Shown one piece after another: positions 39,860-53,314 of a stretch of DNA of 64,000 nucleotides. The DNA comes from Octopus sinensis. Lineage: Eukaryota. The position numbers and the translations under genes were made by a program. Location: positions 18,972,001 to 19,036,000 of the forward strand of contig NC_043022.1 in NCBI RefSeq assembly GCF_006345805.1. The letters are read 5' to 3'. The first letter of the stretch is position 1. Each line of letters starts with the position of its first letter. A model generated the notes under the pieces. The model made no database searches. It saw nothing but the letters and a program-made list of their open reading frames with translations, and was not told the origin of the DNA.

Positions 39860-40331
39860 TGACAACAAAAGAATGAGACCTTGATATTAGGTAATAAGAG
39901 GATATTTATATATGTATAGTTTAGGACAATCAGTAAATTGTTTTAATGGTAATCAGAGTTTCAAATGCCGGAACTAAGAGCTATGATGCGAAGTGTGTGT
40001 ATTGTCATAACAGCCAATGAGAATACATCGCAGCTCTTAAATTCTGACATTTGAAACTGAGTTCTATTATAACAATTTAATGATTGTCCTAAGCTATACA
40101 CACACACACACACACAGAGACACATATAACAAAATAGCTAGTTGGAAAATCTCAAGAAGAGGTCAGAATAGTAACTTAACACTCCTGCTTGCTAGCAATA
40201 TATATTGTATATGAAGGGTACAGCATTGCTCCGATGACCAGCTGGTGGGAGATCTGCCTCGGGTTAAACTAGCAGTAACACAGAACAGCCACTTTGATGT
40301 GGTGATTGACTTTACTTCTTATATATCTATC

Positions 40332-40359
<28 letters not shown>

Positions 40360-40365
<6 letters not shown>

Positions 40366-40383
40366 GACAGATATAGATATAGC

Positions 40384-40464
<81 letters not shown>

Positions 40465-40596
40465 TGATCGATAGATATAGATATAGATATAGATAGATAG
40501 ATAGATAGATAGATAAATAGTTAGATAGATAGATAGATAGATAAATAGATCGATAGATAGATCGATAGATATAGATATAGATAGATAGATAGATAC

Positions 40597-40655
<59 letters not shown>

Positions 40656-40680
40656 TAGATATAGATAGATAGATATAGAT

Positions 40681-40720
<40 letters not shown>

Positions 40721-40736
40721 TTTGATAGATATAGAT

Positions 40737-40794
<58 letters not shown>

Positions 40795-40903
40795 GTAGAT
40801 ATAGATAGATAGAAGATAGATGGATAGATAGATAGATAGCTAGATAGATAGATAATAGATAGATAGACAGAATAGATAGATAGATAGATAGTTTGATAGA
40901 TAG
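40360..40903. repeat. (GATA)n microsatellite
   Basis: Seen directly. Confidence 0.97.
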
Positions 40904-40904
40904 A

Positions 40905-41650
40905 ATGTTTCTTTATTAGCCACCAGGCTGCACACAGATAGAACAAATTACAAGGTAGAGCTTTTCTTTTGAAGGTTAAAAAAAAAAAAAAAAAGAAAAA
41001 ATAGGAAGGGGGAGTTTCGATCAAAGGGATCGTAAAAGGAGAGAGAGAGGACAAAAATAAGGGGGGTTAAAAAAAAAACGGGAGAGGAAGAAAAAAAAGA
41101 AAAAAAAAAATGATCAATAGGGATCGTTATCACAGAATGTCAATGAAGTGTAAAGGGGAGGACAGGTGAGTTTTACCCATGGAAAGAAAAGCCTACGGAA
41201 AAGACCACGGTAACCTCGGTCAATGGAGTCACATGTTATATTCCTTTTTTTTTTTTTTTGCAAATAAGCAACTCTGTTTTCAATTTCTGGGTTCATAGGA
41301 TCATGCTGAAGGTGGCTTCGTCATTCATACGTGCCATTCTTGCTACATTCACCCATCTTTTTTTAAAACATTCGCTAGACAAAACTTGCCTCTCTACTCT
41401 CACTTTCCTTTTCAAGTGGTACTTGAAGAAGTGATGAGAGATTGACCAGAGAGGAGGAAGTGTTTGTCTCCAATCCTTTCAGACGCGTGTCCACCAGATA
41501 CATTCTTTCGCCATAGCCACAAGGATGATGAAAATAGCTCTTCCTTCCCGTTTGAAGGAGGAGGCGTGACAATATTAACGATAGACTCAGCTGATAAACC
41601 GACTCGTCCCACACGTGACAGCAGTTGTTCGACATAAGCCCACAGGTCGG
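40905..41650 (-). mobile_element. Tx1/L1-type LINE 3' end with 3' UTR
   Basis: TRLKGLETN...FFKYHLKRKVRVERQVLSSECFKKRWVNVARM followed by a UTR ending in AATAAAGAAAC. A second copy lies at 49142-49662. Confidence 0.7.
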
Positions 41651-42060
41651 ATAGATAGATATAGATATAGGTTTTTGCACTGAGGAGAATAGTAATATAT
41701 AATTAAATTAATTTTAACCATAATTAATCTAATCTTTTCCATGTTTTTTACATGCTGGTGTTACCATTTGATAAAACTTTTATCATCTTCCCTTCTCCAT
41801 CTTTAATTGTTTGTTGAGTTTGTATAGGACTGCTTGTAGCGAAATCAAAATGTAAATCTTACAAAGCATCTAATGTAACCTGAGGAAGCTCTTTTGCACA
41901 GTGTGTTGCATCTGATGTTATCACATCACTCCATGCTCACTGGGGAAACAATTGTTGTGTTAATAAATGCTTCTTGTTCTAATACATCTGTTTGTGTTTA
42001 CACACCCGTCTTTGTTTTTTGTGTTTTTGTAAATTCTCACTATATATATACATATATATA

Positions 42061-42108
<48 letters not shown>

Positions 42109-42980
42109 TCATCTCATCATCATCATCATCATTTAACGTCCGCTTTCCATGCTAGCATGGGTTGGACGGTTCAACTGGGGTCTGGGAGCCGAAAGCTGCG
42201 CCAGTCCAGTCATGTATATATATATATATAATATTTATATATATTATAATATATAGATAACAATGAGGGTCTTTGCAACAGGTTGCTTGACCACATACCG
42301 AAAGTACCAGAAATAGCAGCCAGAGCCTGTTATTTCTTTTACTACAAAAAATATGTCCCACAAACAACAGTATTTGTAACTCAGTATGGCAAAAAAACAA
42401 AGAAAAACAACAAAATCAAACAATGTCTGGTTAATTTGATTTCGTTGCTTTTCTTTGCTTTTTTGCCATAGTGAGTTACAAATACTGTTGTTTGTGGGAC
42501 ATATTTTTTGTAGTAAAAGAAATAACAGGCCTCTGGCTGCTATTTCTGGTACTTTCGGTATGTGGTCTAGCAACCTGTTGCAAAGACCCTCATTGTTATA
42601 ATCATATATAATTGTGCCAAATATGGTCCTTTTCCATACCGAAAAACTACTTGGTGAAATTTGTTGATTTTATTAAATTAATTATATTTCACCCTTTATC
42701 TGTATATATATATATCGCCTTCACCTTCGAAACGTAGAGTAGATGAAACCATGGCGACTGAAGAAGGGGTTTTTTCCTTGTGTTATTTGTCCTGTACTCT
42801 ATTTTTTTTTTGTTGTTGTTTAAGAAAAATGTCCAGTTCCTTGTGTTTGTGTCTATGTTTTCGTTTCTCATTGTGTTCGACTTTTATTTGGTGTCCTGTA
42901 CTCATATATGCATGTATATATACATGTAGAGGTAGGTACGTACATATATGTATATATATATGCATATGTTTTATTTATTA

Positions 42981-43012
<32 letters not shown>

Positions 43013-43985
43013 GTATAAAATAAATATAAGAGAGTGGTCACTATATTGCTCACTCTCTAATTCTCTCACCCTTATTAATTAATTATATATATGTATATAT
43101 ATATATATTATATATATGTGGTGTGTGTGTGCATGTTTCTATTATATGTGTGTGTGTGTGTACATATGTATATATGTATATATATTTGAATTTATGCATA
43201 CAATATACAAATATATGTGTATGTATACATGTAAATACTTAGACGTTTATAAACGTATATATCACACACACCTGAAAACATACATGCACTCATACATACA
43301 CACCCATGCACATATACACACAAATGACTTGATATGTGACAAAAATAAATAAAATTTGATAAGAAAAGATTTGTATTTTATTTTAAGTCGAATCAATACT
43401 TGAGAGTTAGGTGGAGTACAGACTTAATGGTTTTGTGTCAAACTTAAATAGTAAGAAAGAAGCCAAGATAGGAAGTAACTCATCTTTGATGAAGAGTAGA
43501 TAAGCAGATAAAACCGGTCAATTGTGGCTTTCCTATTGTAATATTCAGTTTTGTATTTTGTTGACGTCATCAAAGATTTTTATAATTTGAAGAGATCATG
43601 AAATAATTCTATTTTAAGGCAGTGAATCTTGAAGCAGATAAAGCTATGATGAATCGTGACACTCTGTCAGTTACAACGACGAGGGTTCCAATTAATCCAA
43701 TCAACGGAACAGCCTGCTTGTGAAATGAACGTGCAATTGTGGCTGAGTATTCCATGGACACGTGTACCCTTAACGTAGTTCTCGGGGAGATTTAGCGTGA
43801 CACAGAGTGGGACAAGGCTGGTCCTTTGAAATACAGGTACATCTCATTTTTTGCCATCTCAGTAGACTGGAGCAACGTGAAAATAAAGTGTCTTGCCCAA
43901 GGACACCACGTGCCACCTTGGAATTGAACTCATGACCTTACAATCGCGAGCTGATTGCCCTAACCACTAAGCTACATGCCTTCAC

Positions 43986-44032
<47 letters not shown>

Positions 44033-44164
44033 AATATATATGTATATATATATATACATATATATATACCTATATATCTATATACATATATATATATATA
44101 TATATACTATATATATATATAATATATATATACATATATATATACATATATATATATATACATT

Positions 44165-44195
<31 letters not shown>

Positions 44196-44198
44196 TAT

Positions 44199-44272
<74 letters not shown>

Positions 44273-44466
44273 TATATAAAATGGGAAGGTTTACGAAAAT
44301 AAACAAAAGACAAAGGCAGGTGGAGTGCAAACAAACAAATGTATTAGTAGGCACTCAGGATAAAATAGAACAAGTCTTTTACGTTTCGAGCCTACGCTCT
44401 TCGACAGAAAGATACACAGAAAAGAAACAAGGAGAGAGAAAAAAATGCATGTAGGAGCTAGTGGTC

Positions 44467-44505
<39 letters not shown>

Positions 44506-44526
44506 TAGATAGATAGATAGATAGAT

Positions 44527-44566
<40 letters not shown>

Positions 44567-44825
44567 CAGACATAGATATAGATATATAAAGTTAATCCAA
44601 ACATGAAAACACAAAGAGAAAACACAACAACGCAAGGACATGGAACAAATATAGTATTATTGGACGCTCAGGAAGGAAGGGAAGAAGGAGGGTTTTACGT
44701 TCCGAGCAGAGCTCTTCGTCAGAAACATAGGAAAAGGAAAGATCCAGAGAAGGGAAGACGGAGGAAAAAAAAAAAAATCGGCAACGGTACACACGCGGTC
44801 ACATTTTGATATAGATATATACATG

Positions 44826-44873
<48 letters not shown>

Positions 44874-45060
44874 GTGTGTGTGACCATATTGCTCTTAAAC
44901 TAACTCTAGAGCCCTTGTATCATATGGACTTATGTTTCCAATACTTTAAGTAGTTTGTGGAAACGGATACAGATTGAACTGTAAAAGTATTTGTTTCTGA
45001 TTCCTTTTATTTCATTGGTCGATGATAAAAGATGATGCCTGAATCCTCTTCTCTATCTTG

Positions 45061-45114
<54 letters not shown>

Positions 45115-46874
45115 ATCTCTTTCTCTCTATCTCCCTCTCTTCTCTTTTTCTTTGTCTATCTATCTATCTGTCTATCTGTCTAAATAGATATATACATGTG
45201 TTTGTGTGTGTGTGCATGTGTGTCTTTTATCTTTTATCTGCTTTAGTCATTTCACTGTGGCCCTGCTGGGGCACCGCCATGAAGGGTTTTACTCAAACAA
45301 ATTGACCCCACCGAGACACACACACACATATATATACACACATACACATACATATATATACAAACATAAATACATACATATATATATGTGGTTGGGAAGC
45401 AAGTTGCTTACCAGACATAGGCACAGGAGTAGCTGTGTGGTAAGTAGCTTGGTTACCAACCAGATGGTCATAGGTTCAGTCCCACTGCATGGCACCTTGG
45501 GCAAATGTCTTCTACTATAGCCTCGGGCCAACCAAAGCCTTGTGAGTGGATTTGGTAGACAGAAACTAAAAGATGTCTGTCAAAATGTGTGTGGTGTGTG
45601 TGTGTTTGTTTGTTCCTCCACCATCACTGACAACCGATGTTGGTGTGTTTACTTTCCCGTAACTTAGCGGTTCAGATTCCACACAGTTTTCATCAATGAA
45701 ATTCATTCACAAGGCATTGATCAGCCTGGGGCTATAGCAGAAGACACCTGCCAAAGGTGTCCCACAGTGAGACTGAACCTGAAACCTCATGGTTGCAAGG
45801 CAAGCTTCTTAACCTGAGTTGCTGAAGCAGAAATATCTGTTTCTTTATTACCCACAAGGGGTTAAACACAGAGAGGACAAACAAGGACAGACAAACGGAT
45901 TAAGTCGATTACATCGACTCCGTAGCGTAACTGGTACTTAATTTATCGACCCCGAAAGGATGAAAGACAAAGTCGACCTCGCCGCAATTTGAACTCAGAA
46001 CGAAAAGACAAACGAAATACCTATTTCTTTATTACCCACAAGGGGCTAAACACAGAGAGGACAAACAAGGACAGACAAACGGATTAAGTCGATTACATCG
46101 ACCCCAGAGCGTAACTGGTACTTAATTTATCGATCTCGAAAGGATGAAAGGCAAAGTCGACCTCGGCGGAATTTGAACTCAGAACGTAACGGCAGACGAA
46201 ATACGGCTACGCATTTCGCCCAGCGTGCTAGTGTTTCTGCTAGCTCACTGCTGAAGCAGAAATATCGTTATAGGAAATATTCTGCTCAGTACCACAGATC
46301 TGCTTGTCAGTTGCTTGACCTTAACCACTTGAGCATGTCCCTTAAAAACGCTGACAATATGTGCATCTCTGATGATGAGCAGCAGCATGAGGGAGCATCA
46401 TAGCCATGTGTTGAGAGGGATTCTTTGGGGGTTTTGAATAAATGTAACAAAAGCAAAGTCTGAAGGAAATATTACCCATGTTATATACGTTCCAAGGGTC
46501 AGCAAATAGGAAACAACAGATGCTACCCAAGGACAAAAATCATGTTACACAGTGTCATTGTTGAATCATAGATGACCTAATGCTAAAATGACACAACAAT
46601 AACAACATCAACAACCATGTCTATGTAACATACTCTTTACTCTCTTCTACTCTTTTACTTGTTTCAGTCATTTGACTGCGGCCATGCTGGAGCACCGCCT
46701 TTAGTCGAGCAAATCAACCCCGGACTTATTCTTTGTAAGCCCAGTACTTATTCTATCGTCCTTTTTGCGGAACTGCTAAGTGACGGGGACGTAAACACAC
46801 CAGCATCGGTTGTCAAGCAATGCTAGGGGAAAACACAGACACACAAACACACACACACACATATATATATAATA

Positions 46875-46914
<40 letters not shown>

Positions 46915-47111
46915 GACAGGCTTCTTTCAGTTTCCGTCTACCAAATCCACTCACAAGGCTTGGTCAGCCAGGGGCTATAGCAGAAGACACTTGCCCAAGA
47001 TGCCACGCAGTGGGACTGAACCTGGAACCATGTGGTTGGTTAGCAAGCTACTTACCACACAGCCACTCCGTAACAAAATAAATTTTTATTTAAAAAAATC
47101 TGTCTTCTTAC

Positions 47112-47335
47112 TTCATTACATGTAAAATGTCTCAGACCGAAGATGGCAGCCCTGCGCCATTGCGATGCACCGGTGTTTGGTTCCATGTAGGACGTGAGGT
47201 GAGGCAAAGATCTCTGCATGCCAGCATTGCCAATACTGTGGAGAAGGACCATTTTGCTGACAATGTGGTGTTCTTGTTCCATATCATGGTCCAGCACGTC
47301 ACGTTTCGTCCTGCTCAAGATTGGTGAAGACTCAG
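47112..47335 (-). CDS. Large multidomain secreted protein, first visible exon (vitellogenin/LLTP-like helical segment)
   Basis: ttccag acceptor, GAA|gtaaga donor, 224 nt, phase 1 to 0. Encodes ESSPILSRTKRDVLDHDMEQEHHIVSKMVLLHSIGNAGMQRSLPHLTSYMEPNTGASQWRRAAIFGLRHFTCNE. The SIGNAG...RRAAIFGLR pattern matches the LGNxG / RxAAxxALR signature of the lipovitellin helical domain. Confidence 0.88.
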
Positions 47336-48089
47336 CTGGAAAGTAACGAACATGTAATTATATATATATCATCATCATCATCATCATCATGCTAGCATGG
47401 GTTGGACGATTTGACTGAGGACTGGCGAACCAGATGGCATCACCAGGCTTCAATCTGATCTGGCAGAGTTTCTACAGCTGGATGCCCTTCCTAATGCCAA
47501 CCACTCCGTGAGTGTAGTGGGTGTTTTTACGTACCTATTGATTTTTCTCAATTGGCAGCTGATTTGTAATTATCGATTTCTTCAACAATCTGAAAATGCC
47601 ATGTGGTTTCCAGACATGAGTTCTACTCATGTGTCAAGCTTCATCAAAGTCAATAAAACAATGTAGGAGGAGTTAGCTAACAACTCCACAAACGAACACA
47701 CCCATAGACAGAATTTTCCACCTTGCAATGATATTGTTTTGCTAAATTACCTATTAAAGGATGGCAAATAATATTGTTTGCTAAAGAAATTTCGAAACCA
47801 TGGTATAACCGATAATAAATAACAAGGTAAAAGTTTTTATTTTTCAATCACTTTGAAAATTGCTGTTAAATCGCTGTTTTGGCCATGTTGGCTGCTATTT
47901 CTAGCATGTAAAAATTACCAGTCAAAGGGTAATTTTTCTTTTGTATTTAAATGTACACTATTTTAAAATATGTATATATATATGTTTATTCCTTCTCGAG
48001 CCATGCCTGGCTCATAAGGGCTGGTTTTCCGGTTTCCTTGGCGTATAGGTTCCCCACCTGGACAGACGCCGGTCCGTGCATGTGAGCTG

Positions 48090-48189
48090 NNNNNNNNNNN
48101 NNNNNNNNNNNNNNNNNNNNNNNNNNNNNNNNNNNNNNNNNNNNNNNNNNNNNNNNNNNNNNNNNNNNNNNNNNNNNNNNNNNNNNNNN
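48090..48189. other. Assembly gap (100 N)
   Basis: Run of N. The true size is unknown, and upstream exons of the gene may be in or beyond it. Confidence 0.99.
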
Positions 48190-49141
48190 CTTTGCCTTTC
48201 ATCCTTTCGGGGTCGATAAATAAAGTATCAGTTTCGCACTGGGGTCGATGTAATCGACTTAATCCGTGTGTCTGTCCTTGCTTGTCCCCTCTATGTTTAG
48301 CCCCTTGTGGGTAGTAAGGAAATATATGTTTTAAAGGCGGCGAGCTGGCAGAAACGTTAGCACGCTGGGCGAAATGCGTAGCCGTATTTTGTCTGCTGTT
48401 ACGTTCTGAGTTCAAATTCCGCCGAGGTCGACTTTGCCTTTCATCTTTTCGGGGTCGATAAATTAAGTACCAGTTACGCACTGGGGTCGATATAATCGAC
48501 TTAATTCGTTTGTCTGTGCTTGTTCGTCCCCTCTGTGTTTAGCCCCTTGTGGGTAGTAAAGAAATAAGTATTAATGAACTTGCATTGTTTATGTTACTGA
48601 AGAAGGCAGTGAGCTGGCAGAGTCGTTAGCACGCCGGGCGAAATTCTTGGTATTTCGTTTGGCTTCACATTCTGAGTTCATCTACCGCCGAGGCAGATTT
48701 TGTCCTTTTATTTATTTTTTTTCAGGGTCGATAAATTAAGTACCAGTTACGCACTGGGATCGATGTAATCGACTAGTCCCCTTCCCCAAAATTTCAGGCC
48801 TTGTGCCTAAAGTAGAAAGGGCTATTTATACTACTGAAGGCGGTGAACTGGTAGAATAGTTAGCACACCGGGCGAAATGCTTTGGGACGTTTCGTCCGTC
48901 TTTACGTTCTGAGTTCAAATTTCACCGAGGTTGACTTGTCATAGAGTTCTCTAGTGTAAACTATAACTGGGAAACTGGGAAAGGATTAATCTAAGTGCTT
49001 TTATTTTTAATTATGTAACGCATTCAGTTTGCTGAGGTAAAAATGAAGGACATTCAATATACGGGGCTAACGCTAAAGAAGGACACAGCAAAGCGATACT
49101 TTGTTCAGCTACCAAATGTTAAATAACAGCAAGCTAAAATA

Positions 49142-49662
49142 TGTTTCTTTATTAAGCCACACAGGGCTGAACACAGACGGGACAAATTACAAAGTATAGC
49201 TTTTCTTTTGGGGGGAATGAAAAACAAGAAAAAAAAGAGGGGTAGCTTTTCGATCAAAAGGGATCGTAAAAATGAAGAAAAAAAACGATCAATAGGGATC
49301 GTGTATCACAGAAATGTCATCATGTAAAGTATAAAGGGGGAAACAGATAAGGTTTATCCGTGGAAAGAAACGCCTACGGAAAAGACCACGGTAACCTCGG
49401 TCAATAATGTCACATGTTATCACATTTATTTGCAAGTAAGTAACTCTCTGTTTTAAATTTTTCCGGGTTCATAGGATCATGCTCAAGGTGGCTTAGTCAT
49501 TCATACGTGCCATCCTTGCTATATTCACCCATCTTCTTTTGAAACATTCGCTAAACAAAACTTGCCTCTCTACTTTCACTTTCCTTTTCAAGTGATACTT
49601 GAAGAAGTTGATGAGAGATTGACCAGAGGGGAAAGTATTTGTCTCTAATCCTTTCAGACGCG
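49142..49662 (-). mobile_element. Tx1/L1-type LINE 3' end, second copy
   Basis: Colinear and highly similar to 40905-41490, e.g. aaaagaccacggtaacctcggtcaat and cttgcctctctactttcactttccttttcaagt. Confidence 0.7.
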
Positions 49663-49844
49663 TCCGTGTATTTCAACAGTTACATCTCCAGTGGCTTATT
49701 TCAAGTTGAACAGACGGAAATGAACTGTTGACTCCGGTCGTATTCTGCCGAGAAGAGATGCCGGACAACTTTCAGTTCCGGGTCATACACCTGTTGACTG
49801 AATTCAGCTTGAAGTCATAACCTGGACATACATATATGCACACA

Positions 49845-50629
49845 TACAAACATATCCATACATAATACATACATACATGCATGCATACATACATGCCTGC
49901 ATGCATACATACATGCCTGCATGCATTCATACACACAAGCATGCGTACGTACACGCATAAACACATGCATACATATATGTATGCATACACACATGCGTAC
50001 ATGCATTCATATATGCATATATATATATATATGCATGCATACATACATGCATGCATACAAACATGCATGCATGCATACATACATATATGCGTGCACACAT
50101 ACGTACATTCATGCATGCATGCATACATACATGCATATATACACATATGCATACATACATACATACACACAAACATATATGGATCCATATATACATGCAT
50201 ACACATGCATACATACATATATGCGTACATACATACATACATGCATATATATGCATATACTTACATGTATGCATACATTCATACACACATACATACACAC
50301 ATACATACATACATACACACATACATACACTCATACATACACACACATACATACACACATACATACATACATATACATGCATACATACATACACACATAC
50401 GTACATACATACATGCATACATACATACATATACATGCATACATACATACACACATACGTACATACATACATACACACATACATACATATACATGCATAC
50501 ATACATACACACATACGTACATACATACACACATACATACACACATACATACACACACGTACATACATACACACATACATACATACATATACATGCATAC
50601 ATACACACACACATACGTACATACATACA

Positions 50630-50663
<34 letters not shown>

Positions 50664-50677
50664 CATACATACATACA
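49845..50677. repeat. (CATA)n / (CA)n compound microsatellite
   Basis: Seen directly. Similar arrays at 4270-4735 and 54800-55170. Confidence 0.95.
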
Positions 50678-50901
50678 CTCTTCACACGAAATCCATTATC
50701 ATTTCTGCTAAAAAAAAAACCAAAGGCTTCGTCCAAGGATTTTCATCTGCTAAAGATGCCAAGGTAACCAGCATTTACTCAATGTAAGAATGTTTACAAG
50801 GCAAAAATTGAAAAAACAACTGCAGTTAAGAAGTCTGTTGATGAGAACTCGAAATACGTTTTAAAACGTATTTAGTGCAAGTCTAAAGAATATCATCATC
50901 A

Positions 50902-50967
<66 letters not shown>

Positions 50968-52344
50968 CCTTTTACTCTCTTTTACTTGTTTCGGTCATTT
51001 GACTGCAGCCATGCTGGAGCACCGCCTTTAATCGAGCAACTCGACCCCGGGACTTATTCTTTGTAAGCCCAGTACTTATTCTATCGGTCTCTTTTTGCTG
51101 AACCGCTAAGTTACGGGGACATAATCACACCAGCATCGGTTGTCAAGCAATGCTAGGGGGACAAACACAGACACACAAACACACACATATACATATATAT
51201 ATACATCTATACGACAGGCTTCTTTCAGTTTCCGTCTACCAAATCCACTCACAAGGCTTTGGTCGGCCCGAGGCTATAGTAGAAGACACTTGCCCAAGGT
51301 GCCACGCAGTGGGACTGAAGCCAGAACCATGTGGTTGGTAAACAAGCTACTTACCACACAGCCACTCCTTATCATTATTATTATTATTATTATTGAGTGA
51401 GAGAGAAGTGCATGCCATCAAAGTGACACTGGGGTAAAATATACGAAGCCCGGTATACCCATCATGACTACCCATCTGATAAGGGTACACTAGGCACATG
51501 CATCACAACCATATGTGCGCGACATGGTGTTTCTTAAACGAGGGACATATTCATACGGCACATAATGTTTTCACCTCAATAGACGTCATTGATTGATTGA
51601 AATTGCAGAAATTGAAGAAAACAACAACAAATATCTTACAAACTGTAGAATTTTCTCAATAAAGCCAAGAGAAAAAGATGTTTTATAAACACATTCTACC
51701 AGTATACGAAGTTTAAAAGTGGAAATTATTAAAAAAAACTGCCGTTCAAACCGAAAAGATCCATATATATATTTTTACTGATATTTAGCTGAGGCAACAA
51801 TGTGACTCAAGGACCGAGGGTTTCATGCGTTACTGCTTAACTAGTTTGATAGGTGCTAATGCACGGAGCACGTGCCGCGTGCTTCGTGCGTTTGCACTAA
51901 ACGTACTAGTTGCTAGGTTCTAATGCACGCAACCCGCCAGGCCTAACGAAAAAGACATAAAATGTGCTGGGTCGATTTATATATATATATATATATTGGT
52001 AAAATCGGTAAGATAACAAAAGAAAGAAAGAGACCTCAATATTATGTAAATAGAGGAAATTTATCTGTAAAATAATATGTGACAATTATTCGGTAGCCAA
52101 GATAAAACTCGGATCTTTTCGGTTTGAACGGCAGATTTTAAAAATGATTTCCGTGTAACTAAAAAAATTTAATCTTCGTATACTGGTAGAAAGTGTTTAT
52201 AAAACATCTTTTTCTCTTGGCTTTACTGAGAAAATTCTATAGTTTGTAAGATATTTGTAAGATATTTTCTTCAATTTCGGCAATTTCAACCAATCAATGA
52301 CGTCTAATGAGTTTTATCTTGGCTACCAAATAATTGTCACATAT

Positions 52345-52425
<81 letters not shown>

Positions 52426-52689
52426 TGTATGTATGTATGTATGTATGTATGTATATGTATGTATTCATGTAAGAAGCCATTTTACGATGGTATAATTCAG
52501 GCGTTTAATTTGGGAATCTCTAGAGACACTAAAGACAGCGGCTCGAGATATCACTTTCTTATCGCGTTGCTCGTCATCGAAGTTGACATTATTTTTATTT
52601 CAGAGTTTTCAAATATTTCAGCAATTCCATATCATGTAATCTTGCGCAATGTCTGTAATCCTGGCTGCCATTAATTAACTAGTCATATA

Positions 52690-52730
<41 letters not shown>

Positions 52731-53314
52731 TGTGTGTGTGTGTGTGTGTTTGTGTGCGCGTATGTGTGTGTGTCACTGTTCAGTTTTATTTCAAGATTTC
52801 TTGCCAATAGGCGCAGGAGTGGGTGTGTGGTAAGTAGCTTGCTTACCAACCACATGTTTCCGGGTTCAGTCCCACTACGTGGCACCTTCGGCAAGTGTCT
52901 TCTACTATAGCCTCGGGCCGACCAAAGGCTTGTGAGTGGATTTGCTAGACGGAAACTGAAAGAAGCTCCTCGTATGTATATCTATCTATATATATGTATG
53001 TGTGTGTGTGTTTGTGTGTGTGTGTGCGTGTGTATGCTTATGTGTCTGTGTTTGTTCCCCAACATAAAAATACATACATCATACGTACACAATATATTCA
53101 TATACAAACGTACATAGCCACGTACAAATTATATATCAGCGTATATACATTTTTGCATACATACATGCATCATACACATACATACATGCATACATACATA
53201 CATACATACATACATACATACATACATACATACATACATACATACATACATACATACATGTAAACATAGATGCATTCATACGTTCATACATATAAACATG
53301 TATATATATATATA

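Noticed and set aside
47112-47335. Calling the gene vitellogenin or apolipophorin
   Set aside because: Only a short helical motif matches. No vWD domain is visible, and the downstream M23-like, PAN and FN3 content differs, so no symbol was assigned.
47892-47905. GCTAGAAATAGCA match to the Cas9 sgRNA scaffold (minus strand)
   Set aside because: A 13-nt coincidence; it is part of the recurring CTAGAAATAGCAGCCAA repeat motif.
52480-52675. Unique-looking CpG-containing segment as a missing upstream exon
   Set aside because: All three minus-strand frames hit stops, and there is no convincing splice-site pair.
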